Positions 1-10,402 of a stretch of 64,000 nucleotides of DNA are shown here, in pieces. Location: the NCBI GenBank assembly GCA_046563655.1, contig CM102287.1, forward strand, positions 8,804,001 to 8,868,000, given 5' to 3'. Under the pieces are notes generated by a model, which did not search any database, was not told the DNA's origin, and saw only the letters and a list, made by a program, of their open reading frames with translations. This DNA is from Yuukianura sp. NJ FZ-2021 (lineage: Eukaryota). The stretch's first letter is position 1, and every line of letters starts with the position of its first letter. The position numbers and the translations under genes are program-made.

Positions 1-93
1 GTGACATACCGGAATAATAAGATTTATTCGTCTTTCCATTATCGTTATTTTCCATTACTCAATTTCAGGCACCTTCAAGTATTACGTTTGCAG

Positions 94-910
94 GCATTAG
101 GAAAATATGAAGATGCATTATCAGCTTTAGACCAAATGATCACCAAGGATCCGACCAATTCTGGAGCATATAAGCAGAAGATTTCCATCCTCAAGAGTCA
201 AGGGAAACTGCCGGAAGCTATCAAAGGTCTAAGCGATTATTTGAACAAGTGAGTAACAAAAGCTGTACTATAACTACCAGCACTGTTGTCAGTACTTGGA
301 CTTTTTTTTATTAATGTTGTATTATAGATTTATGAGCGATCAGGAGGCCTGGGGGGAGCTGTGTGATTTGTATTTGAGCGAAGGGGAATATGGACGAGCC
401 AACTACTGTGCAGAAGAACTAATTCTTCATAATCCGCACAACTTCTTTGTCTATCAACGGGCTGGTGACATTCGCTACACAATGGGTGGAATTGACAACT
501 TGAAAATTGCATTCAACTACTACAGTCAAGCTCTGAAACTTAATCCCAGCAGCATGAGATGTTTATTTGGACTGTTTCTGGTGAGCCCTTGAGTCATTTT
601 CGTTTCTTTCACAAACTAATCGATTACCCAACTTGTTTTATTTACTAGGCTGGGTCTAGTCTCGCAACGCACACAAAAGTCCCACCGAATGACAGAAAGG
701 ACTTTGCGAAATCCACATCTTGGGCAGCTGATGAAATATATCATAGGTAACTTCTAACTTATCTCAATTCTTTCAGTGTTTTGGCACGTTATGAACTTCA
801 TATGCTTAAACACGTTAACTTTTGACAGATACCATGAGCACGGTGAAGGTCCAGATCCAGTGGACAACATGTTAGAAGGTGCAATGAGCAATTTGCAAAT
901 AACCAACTAA
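94..910 (+). CDS. EMC2: ER membrane protein complex subunit 2 (TTC35), 3' part; exons ~94-248, 328-580, 649-746, 829-910
   Basis: Spliced translation ALGKYEDALSALDQMITKDPTN...YLNK/FMSDQEAWGELCDLYLSEGEYGRANYCAEELILHNPHN matches EMC2 TPR motifs (recognised from memory). GT-AG introns in phase; TAA at 908-910. First acceptor could be 69 or 94. Confidence 0.9.
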
Positions 911-1329
911 ATTCCAATAATTTCCAGAGAATGAAGGTTAGCTTTAAGAGTTTAATTCTAAAGCACCAAGTATTTCTATCCGTTTTCCAATGTCTTTAGC
1001 CTAAATCATGATTTTAAACTACAATTTGTAGTAGTAACTTGTCAATTCTTGGTACGGTTCAGGGATACGCTTAACTCTTAAACTTGTCACTTAGGTTTCT
1101 TCTGAATATTGTCAATGATTTTTCATCTTTTGTTCTTTTTAAATTAAAAATTGCATTATTTTACGTTTTCATGGAAATAAGAGTGAAACTTTTTTGGAAC
1201 AAAAGCAAAGTATTCCAAAATCGTTCATCTTTCGTTAGAGATTCTCACAGTACAACACGTGCACGTGATTTCATCTTTTTACATCAGAAGAAGTGTTTTT
1301 CTCCATTTGCTAATCAGTTTGCAGCTAAA

Positions 1330-4300
1330 ATGGAAGGCAGAGGTGATGTGACCAGCAAAGGTCAACGGAACCCGTCATCTATTCCCCGGTCAAGCGGTGG
1401 TCCTGCTGTATTAAAACATGGCGGAGGTGACATTGACAGGCTCAAAAGGGAAACGCAAAATCCTGAAACACTTCGGAATGAAATTTTGGAACCGTGGGAT
1501 TCAACTGCCGAAGAAGAAGAGGAATGCAGAGAAGTTGATGGAGAATGCGAAGTTCCAGGAGAAGATCTGTGGAGTCCAGAGGCAAATTTTTACGTTTCAA
1601 CTGGTGGCGACATTATCAACGAAGGGGCTCTGAGTGACCCTGAAACTATTGAAAGTGCTACTACAATTCCGGATGACCTTGACTTACCTGAAGACGATGA
1701 TTTCCGAGAATGGACTGAACTGGATCCGTCGGATGACGAAGAGCAAGAGGAACTGAGGGAGAAGTATTTTGATTTGTTCAAGGTCGCTGAACCGGAAGAA
1801 GTTTTGTTCGGTGAAGACGACTTGAGTCCGGTAAGTTATCAAACGTTTTGAAAACGTTTTAATTTCACTTTTATATTAAAATATTGTAATAATATTCAAG
1901 TTGTATCAATGTTTTAGGAAGATGCTGGATACTGGAAGGAATACTTTGCTCGACAGTTTACAAATCAGCACGTGAATGTGCATCAGCCCGAAAAGTTTTT
2001 GAAGTTGAATCTGCACCATGACCGAGTCACGGACGTTGCCTTCATTCCGCAGCATTTTCCTGCTCTCAAATTTCTGGATGTTTCGAAAAACTTTGTACAA
2101 AGTAAGATTCTGCATTTTTTTTTAGGATGTTGACTAGTACTTTAATTGAATTTTCATTTTGGCTTCATTTTTTGGAATAGATTTGCGCAGTCTCGGGAAA
2201 ATGAAGAATCTGGTTCATCTGAATGCATCTGACAACGAAATCACAAGATTCCTGGACATTTGCACCAAAGTTCCGCATCCGCTGCAAGAAGTTGATCTTT
2301 CCAAAAATCAAATTACGGAAATCGTGCGTTTCGATCGCTTTCTGGCTCTTGTCAATGTCAATCTAGCATGTAAGTACAAGTTTCAAAAAAAAAAATTCAA
2401 ATTCTACACGTTCAATGGTCTAAAACGTTTCACTTTTTTTCAGATAATCATTTGCGAACTGTCAAGAATTTTCAACATTGTTACTTTCTCCGTTTTCTAA
2501 ATCTGTCGCATAATGCGATTTCTGAAATCCCAAATCTGGACTGTCCCAACCTCCTTGTTTTGCTTTTGGTAAAACCACAAATATTTTTGAAACTGAAAAT
2601 GAAAAAATTTTGAAATTTTTTGATTTGAAATTTTGAAATTTCAGCAAGACAACAAGTTGGAAAGCATTTCCGGGTTGGTCAAGTGCAAGGAGTTGCGGTA
2701 CTTGAACATTTCGAAAAACAGAGTCTCGGATTTGTCGCCCTTAGAAATGCTGCCTCAATTGGTCCAACTTCGTGCTGCCAGTAACACTCTCTACAAATTT
2801 TAAATTCCGACGTAATCCGAAATTATGAAATTTAATTTTTAGTTTCATCTTTCAGATAATTGCATCGGATTGAAAGAAATTGATGTTTTGAAATGCTTGA
2901 TTTACATGAGTCATCTTCGAATTACGCCGAATCCATGCACATCCGTTGAGTTCTCACGTCAGATGCTAATATTTACTCTGCCTCAAATTCGATACTTGGA
3001 TAAGCAGCTCGTCTTACCCCAAGAAATTGTAACTTGACCTTTGACCTTTAAAGAAAATCTAGAAATGGTCGTTTCTCTAACTGTTTAGTGTCTAGGTGGA
3101 GGCAAACAACATTTTCAAGCCGACATTTGAGAAGATGGCTTTTGAAGATCACAGAAACACAATGCTGGAGAAAGCAACGCAGTCTGGAACTATGATGTTC
3201 AACGAATTCTCGGAAATGTTTCCTCTTCCACCAATGCTTTTCCTTGTAGGAAGTTCCAGAAGCAGAGCAGAGGATCTTGCGATGAGCCTAAAACAAAAGT
3301 TCCGTTGTCGAATCCTCCTGGGGTAACTTTAAAAAAAAAACTTTAAATATGTTTTTGACGTTTGAATAAGATGTTAATATATTAATTACTTATAACTAAT
3401 TAGCGGTATCCACTCGACTGCAACTACCATTGAAAGCGGAAACCATCACGACGATATTCCAATTTCTCTGGAAAATTTCATTGAGATGAAGAAACGCGGC
3501 CATTTATTTTCTACTAGCACCGTACTTGGGCGTTTGTGCGGATTTTCAGCAACGCAGGTCCGGTAAATTCAAAGCTTCACATGAGGTCAAGAGGTCAAAC
3601 TTTTTTTTCATTTTAGTTCATCAAAGCTGTGGAACACGAAGCCGTTCTGGTCGCCATTAGCATCCCACTGGAAACAGCGATTTGCCTTCGAAAGTGGGGC
3701 TTCAAAGCAACAACGATTCTCGTCATTCCTTCAGAGGCTCCGCACTTCAACGTCGACGCTTTCATTGCTAAGGAAAAGCGACGGCAATCACTGCACATTG
3801 AGGAGAAGGAACCACCGCCAAAGTTGCATGAACATCTAATTAGTTTTCAAGGGGACCGACCATGTATGTTAATTTAACAATAATTAATAAATTAATTTTA
3901 TAATAATAAAATATATTAGATTAATTATACATTTTTTGTACATTTCTAGTACATCGAGCAATTCCACAACGCAGCCACCGCCAGTCAATTTTGAAGCACC
4001 ATGAAATACAATTGCCGGCTCCCTCAATAACATCGATGGTCCACAGCCAACTTTCTCCGACAGCATCCAGTATGGGTTTTGGTAAGTTAAAAAAAAACAA
4101 CACAAAAGTATTGAAAACACGAATCTGAAGGATTTTGTTTTGAAATTGTAGATATTTCGAAAATTCAAAGTTCGACTATGGTACTGCACCATGACAAAGT
4201 GGATGAAATTTCAGAAGCAGAAGATACTGAGGTTGGGCAAGAATGGTTAGGCGAAGACTTTGGTCAACTGACTACAGAAACTGTAGTTCAAGCAACTGAC

Positions 4301-5964
4301 GAGTCGCTGACTCTCTTTGGAGTTGAAATTATCAACCCAGCGACAATCCCAGGAATTGATTGGAAACGGACTGTCTTGGGAAGCGACTTTTACGAAGCCA
4401 TTTTGGCTATGGACGAAGACTTTCACTTTCTTGTGACTCGAAGTAGTGAAGATGCATCGATTGTCCTTACGCGGGAACTTGTGGAAACAACAATTTCTGC
4501 ACTTGGCTACATTCTAGTTCATGGTCCAACTCCAGTTTATATCAAAGTTGACGATCCAGACAATCCAGCAGCCCAGTCCAGCATAACCAACTTCCAGCTT
4601 ATCGTGGTGAAAGAGCGACCCAGCTCAGATACAACAGCAGTTGATTCATGCCTTGACCTCAGCAAGCCCAAAGTTCCTGCTCATGCCTCCATGCCTTTTG
4701 TTTTGTGCGAAGATGACGGAGAAGGAGGCGGTAAATTATGAGGGGAGATCGACTGCATTTCAACACGGTTTGCTGCAAAAAATTTTTTAAACAACCAAAA
4801 ATTGCTTGCGGAAAATCGAGATGTCCAAAATTGATTCCAGAAAATGCTAAAATTCAACCTTTTCTACATGCCTTTTCCTTGTAGAAAATGTTGAATATTA
4901 CAATTTTCTGCAAACAATTTTGGACATCTCGATTTTCTGCAAATAATTTTAGTTAAAAAAAATTCAGCAAATTGTGTTGCAAGGCAGTGGATCTCCCCTC
5001 ATAGTAAATCCTTAATTTTTGAAATTTTTTGGAAGAACAATAATTAATAAATAGCTTTGATTTTCATGATTTAGAGGGCTACTTCCCATCTTACATGCGG
5101 CCGGCATCTCCTTGGTACCACCGTATTACTGGATCTGGTGAAGACATTCTGGAAGAAGACTACGACGGCTACGTTATGTCTATAAAAGAAAGCGAACACG
5201 AAATTGCGGAAGGTGCTGGCGACCATTTGAACAAATTCAAGCATCGAGATGCTTTGGAATTTGCAATTTTGAGAACCCGCGAGGAATATTTGAAATATCA
5301 CTTGGACAATCCCGGTTTCTTCACTACTGTTCTGGACACACGTGATTTGGAAAAAAGTCAAACCATTTTGGAAGAAATTGTCCAGAAAATGCTGACGAAC
5401 TTTGAGCAAGACGGAACCAACTCCAAACTTTACCCGCTTGTAGAATCTTACGCACGTAAGACGATTCTGAACTTTTTTCTAGAAGTTTCTAACGTATTGA
5501 TCCTGTTTTTTTTTCTTTTTTTTTAAGAAATTGTTCCCAACGAAAACTGCCAAAAGTTTATCGACGAACGTCTCCGCCTTCTTGACTGCGGCGACAATAC
5601 TGAACGAACCGGCTTCAGTTCCTGTCCGATGAACCTGTTCTGCACGAACATTTCGAAAGGCTATGCCCACGGCCGTATTTGTCAGTTACAACGAGCAGAA
5701 GCTCTGCGCAAGAAAATGGAGCAAGAGAAAGATGAGCTGAACGCTGGAGTTCGCCGAGTTTTCAAAACATGTCCGGAACTTCCAGTTGAGGTTTGGCCCG
5801 GTGAAGAACCCGGTGAAATTGAATGTTTGGGTGAAACTTGTTTGAAAGCGTGCCAATGTGGAGAAGAATGCAACTGCGAACCTCCAACGAGACGCCGTCG
5901 CTCGTATGACAACTTTCGGAGCAGCGCTGTTCTGTCGGAATTTGGTTATGACGGGGATGCTTAA
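1330..5964 (+). CDS. LRGUK: Leucine-rich repeat and guanylate-kinase-like domain protein (LRGUK-like), multi-exon
   Basis: Acidic N-terminus; SDS22-type LRRs (LKFLDVSKN, LVHLNASDNEI, LQEVDLSKNQITEI); PLPPMLFLVG start of a GK-like domain; YLKYHLDNPGFFTTVLDTRDLEKS resembles the end of the LRGUK GK domain. Confidence 0.72.
4737..5003. mobile_element. Palindromic MITE (~267 bp) with 6-bp TSD GTAAAT, in an LRGUK intron
   Basis: TIR TATGAGGGGAGATC / GATCTCCCCTCATA; imperfect inverted symmetry over nearly the whole element; GTAAAT at 4731-4736 and 5004-5009. Confidence 0.85.
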
Positions 5965-6647
5965 GTCTGGACGAGCCTAACTTTCATAACTTAACGCAAA
6001 ACAAGAAAAACATTACCAAAAACGTACATTTTATTCTAAAACCTGTACAAAAAGTTTGATTTTGATTTCATCGTTTTTCATTTATGTTGTGCTGTTCAAA
6101 ATTTGGATTTCTCTGGACCGGCTACTTGCTCAAAATTTTGGATTTATCAAAAGTATAGCTGATTTTTTTCCCCAAGGTTTGCCACGAGTTTGGACCAGGT
6201 AGCTTGTGGTTTGAAATTTTCAAAAATGCGGTTTGTGAATCACAAATTCTGATGTTAGTGTCGTTACTACTTGCACTTAATTAACTTGTTCTAAGTTGAT
6301 TTTTTAGAAAACCACATCAAGCCTCGTGTGCCATCAAAAGGTTTGGCATATTGCTCTTGTAAAATTTTTGGTACTTAGGTCCTAGCACGAATAAAAACAA
6401 AGCTGCATAGGAGCATTAACTTTGAATTTTTAAAAAATTAGATCAAAATTTCTAATTATTTTTATGCTTTGCACCTTTGTACAAAAAGCCGCCAAATATC
6501 TGACCAATTTGATAAACCAATTTGTGGTAATGTCTGTGTTTAAAGCTAACGATTTCCGGGTCTATAAAATACAGCAGTCTATGCACTACGTTAACCAAAA
6601 GTTTTCAAATTTCAAAACTTTGAAACCCGTTTTCTAAACTTTACAAA

Positions 6648-7199
6648 ATGAATTTCGTAACTTGGGTCATTTTTTCTGTAGCGCTTTGCGTTGCTGCAAA
6701 TGCAGAAGAAGAAGATAGTAATGCAGTAGTTTACTTAAGGCCCGTGAGTCATTATTGTAATAATCACTTTAATTTATATAAAATATACTAAATATAATAA
6801 TAATTCGTTTAATTTATATTAAAATATACTAACTGTACAATAATTTATATTATGTTGCTTTCATTTAAGGTGATGTGTAAGAATTCAATATTTTCCTACT
6901 CCGGATGTGTGATGGACTGCTTGCAGCAAGGCGGCACAATTCAATGTTGTTCATTCCAAGGAGAAATGACGGCATGTAAATGTGTTAAGGTGCCTACCCT
7001 TGGTGGTATCTTTAGCGTAAGTAATCAATGCTTTCTAAGGAACTCTTAATTACGAAAATTCAAAATACGGATTTCGAGAAAAAATTTTTTGGCAAAAATG
7101 GAATTTTTTGAATCTATTTTATAGGGACAGATGCTGAGCGTTGCAAAAACGACAGTGGGCTGTGCAGTAGAATGGGCAAAGGGCAACAATCCGTCTTGA
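6648..7199 (+). CDS. Small secreted cysteine-rich protein (~105 aa, 3 exons: 6648-6743, 6870-7016, 7125-7199)
   Basis: TATAAAA at ~6563; signal peptide MNFVTWVIFSVALCVAANA; phase-0 GT-AG introns; mature part VMCKNSIFSYSGCVMDCLQQGGTIQCCSFQGEMTACKCVK...GCAVEWAKGNNPS has 8 Cys. Confidence 0.7.
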
Positions 7200-7475
7200 A
7201 ATTTGCCTTCTAAGGTCAATGAAAATTACCGTTGCTTAGTTGAATTGAAAAGTAAAACTTTAAAGAATAAAATTGTGAAAAAATCCGAATTTGTCCGACT
7301 TTTATTTCCGGCTTCTCCATTTCCGGGTAAACCGCGAAAAAAAATGAAAATAGAAAGCCATGTACGACTCTACAGAAGATATTCGCGGTTGAGTTTTTTA
7401 AATGCTGTCAGTACGTGTTTCAAATTTCGATCGACACGTACATACTGCGTAACGGTGTGTCAAAAATTTTGTGAC

Positions 7476-7703
7476 ATGAAGACACTTCTAATTTTCCTGA
7501 CACTTTCGGTGTCCTTGACGTTTCTCCTGGAACAAACAATGGCACAAGATAGCGGCGTTCCGGAAACTATCGAAGTCAGCGAAGTATTTGAAACCGACGG
7601 GCCACAACCAGAACTTTTTCGTACGGAACGCCGAGCTTCCCGCCGTAAACACAAGCACAGGGACTGGGAGAGTGACCAAGGTTACGCTTCAATTCTTGGT
7701 TGA
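7476..7703 (+). CDS. Small secreted peptide precursor (~75 aa; could instead splice at 7680 to an exon near 8039-8076)
   Basis: Signal peptide MKTLLIFLTLSVSLTFLLEQTMA, acidic pro-region, basic cluster RTERRASRRKHKHR. Confidence 0.5.
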   Translation: MKTLLIFLTLSVSLTFLLEQTMAQDSGVPETIEVSEVFETDGPQPELFRTERRASRRKHKHRDWESDQGYASILG

Positions 7704-7779
7704 AACATAACTCTTTACTTCCAACTTAAAACTAACATTATTTCAATTGTTAAATTAACTTAACTATGAGCAGTAAATA

Positions 7780-8016
7780 CAAGGTTCGTTGACAATCGAA
7801 ATGTATTCCTACCACAGGTTGCCCAATAACTCGGGATATTCAAAAATCTTGCAAAAAATAATTTTTCCTCCCCCGAATTTCCATTACACAACATAAAGTA
7901 ATTACCATAGACAAGTAACGGTGAAAAAATTTTGTGAATTTTTTAACAATTCTCAAAACATTGAGTTATTGGACAACCTGGAATAGAAAAAACTTTTTGT
8001 TTCTTTAAGAACCTTG
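7780..8016 (+). mobile_element. MITE family A copy (CAAGGTTC...GAACCTTG, 8-bp TSD)
   Basis: Shares termini and internal CAGGTTG-CCAATAAC / GTTATTGGACAACCTG with five other copies; flanks AGTAAATA / AGTAAATT. Confidence 0.85.
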
Positions 8017-8154
8017 AGTAAATTTACCTTGGCTTTAGTTCAGAGTCAAAACTTGGCTAAATCCCGGCAAATTTGAACTAATTTAAAAAATAAATAAAAA
8101 TTTGAAAAAATAACAATTTTTTTTAAATCGTACATATTTTGGACCTGTCCCGCA

Positions 8155-9933
8155 TTACTTGTAGGCCAAAATTAAATTTATGGTGTACATGAGTAGAGAC
8201 CAGAAGAACGTATTGGACGTTGATTTTTTAAAATGATAGGAACTTCCAGCCGAAATTTTAACTACTGGGCACGACTTGTGAAATTTTTTCATTTCCAGCC
8301 AATCGTAATTTGTTTTCCAGCAGTAAGAGTATGCATGTCGCAGCAGATCTTCCGATCCAATGACAATTGCTGCAAAGCACTTTTGAATTCCAATGAGAAT
8401 CACAAGTCCAAATACAGAAAGTAATGGACAGTTGAACCATGATTCAAAATCCATTGTCGAGTAGAGACAAACTGTACCGTAGTTTGATCCTAAATGAGAC
8501 AAAAATGCTGGAATAAGATGACCTAGAGTTAATTCTGACATGCAGTGGTTGAACTCCAACGTTAGTAGTGCAATTTGGCGGTAAAGGGGTTTGAAAACAA
8601 TAGAATGATCCAGTTCCTTGCGCAAGTGCAGTTGACATATCCAGTAGTTTAGAGTGCGGATACAGGTCAACCAGGTTACTGCAATGAAAAAAATTGTTGT
8701 CCAGTTGACAATCATTAGAGTAGCTTCAATTAGTCCAAAGCCAATCAGAATTAAGGGATTTTGTGTCGGCACAGACGCAGTGGAATCGCTGAAATTTTCT
8801 GAGAAATCCGAAATGACTGAATAGAAGAATTGCGGACTGCGCGGTGACGTCATAAAAAGCTTGAAAGTGACAAGACCATTTGCAAAAATTACGAAAAAAA
8901 TATTCAGAATTAAAAACTCAAGCGTATCGCGTTTCAAAACTGGTTCGTGGTTCTTCAAGGCCAAGTAACGTTCTACCAAAATTTCAAAATTTCAAAACTT
9001 TACAAAAAAAAATCACTCAAAAAGAATTTTTCATGTTTTTTTTTTAAAGCTTACGTTTCACATGCTGATGAAACTTGACAAATCTGGTGATGAGTTTAGG
9101 AATTCTCGAAATTTTGAAAATGAAATTTAGTTGGTAGGCAGATCCAAGGGGAGCACGCCATTGGTTCAAATGAATTGGTTCAAATCCAATTGGTTCAAAT
9201 GAAAAGGTTCAAAACCAATTGGTTCAAGAGACGAATTGGTTCAAGAGGCAAATTAGTTCAAGAGACAATTGGTTCAAAACTAATTGGTTCAAGAGAACAA
9301 TTGGTTCAATTGGTAAATTGGTTCAAAAACTAAATAAATATATTTATTTAAAACTAAATCTTGTTTTATCTTCTCGCGCCGAAGGCGCGGTGTTAGGTTA
9401 GGTTATTAAATTCCCCGTAGTGATGCCAAGTTAGGTTAGTTAGGTTTCTGCAGCCTGTTTTTTCAGTTGATTAGGTTTTGAACCAATTGGTCTGTTGAAC
9501 CAATTAGCATCTTGAACCAAATAGTTTTGAACCAATTTTCTCTTGAACCAATTTGCCTCTTGAACCAATTGGTCTCTTGAACCAATTGGTTTTGAACCTT
9601 TTCATTTGAACCAATTGGATTTGAACCAATTCATTTGAACCAATGGCATGGAACCGATCCAAGGCTGTAGAGCATCAGCGAAAAGAAGTGCAACACAAAT
9701 TCGGAAATTTTTACTTCAACTAATCCAAAACAGCACTGAACAAATCTAATTGAACTAAAAATTTCTTTTGTCCATAACAAAACTGCCCAAAAAATCCACA
9801 AGACCATTCCAACTTTACTTAAATTTTGTACAACCGTTTGTTGCGAATCGTTCCACCGAAATGGAACTACGCGACTAACAGTTGCCAACTTGTAGAAAAT
9901 CCCAACAAGTTTCTGAGATCTTTTTGAAAGCAT
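8155..9933 (-). pseudogene. Gustatory-receptor-like 7TM chemoreceptor, exon 1 interrupted by a transposon
   Basis: Exon 1 (9933-9055) and exon 2 (8972-8155) are joined by an in-phase intron. Multi-TM protein ending SAGSSYHFKKSTSNTFFWSLLMYTINLILAYK (GR/7TMIC-like TM7). Removing the 9150-9655 element plus one TSD restores ...MLYSLGSAYQLNFIFKISRIPKLITRF. Confidence 0.75.
9150..9655. mobile_element. Foldback-type non-autonomous DNA transposon (MULE- or Merlin-like), 9-bp TSD GATCCAAGG
   Basis: GG...CC termini; long inverted arms of tandem AATTGGTTCAA / TTGAACCAATT units; exact GATCCAAGG at 9141-9149 and 9656-9664. Confidence 0.9.
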
Positions 9934-10249
9934 GATTTTAAACGCCTATACTACTTGAAGAACACTTTTTGCAAAACGAATAGCTTCCAAAAGAAGAGCA
10001 CAACAAAAAACAATGGTTTTTGTCAGCGACGATTTGATTAAATCGTTCTGCAAAATTTGAATTTCTCGGATAGGAACATAAATTTATAAAATTTAATCCT
10101 TCCCGCATGTACTCCTCTGACGCATGAACTTTCGAATGAACTTTGGGAGTTAATGAAGTTTTGTATGCCTCATGTTCACACAAGTTGAACATTTCTAATC
10201 AGTCTGCAACTGGAACTTTTTTTTTAAAAGCTACTTTATGCATCAGTTT

Positions 10250-10277
10250 TGTCTGTCTGTCTGTCTGTCTGTCTGTC
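10250..10277. repeat. (TGTC)7 microsatellite
   Basis: Read directly from the sequence. Confidence 0.9.
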
Positions 10278-10402
10278 CGGCCGTAACCGGAAATTAATTC
10301 TCTACTACTCTTAATGCTGTTTAGTAGTCCATGTTTAATTAACATTTACTTTTTAATATTACATTGTTGTTTGTAAGGAACTTTTAGGCTAATGATAACA
10401 TT

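Noticed and set aside
1330..3030. LRR protein as a ribonuclease inhibitor for the RNase A-like genes
   Set aside because: The repeats are short SDS22-type within an LRGUK architecture, not 28-29-aa RI-type, and lie ~55 kb away.
9159..9645. Regularly spaced TTGGTTCAA repeats resembling a CRISPR array
   Set aside because: Units are ~11-19 bp without unique spacers, are inverted between the two halves and are bounded by a 9-bp TSD; eukaryotic context with no cas genes.
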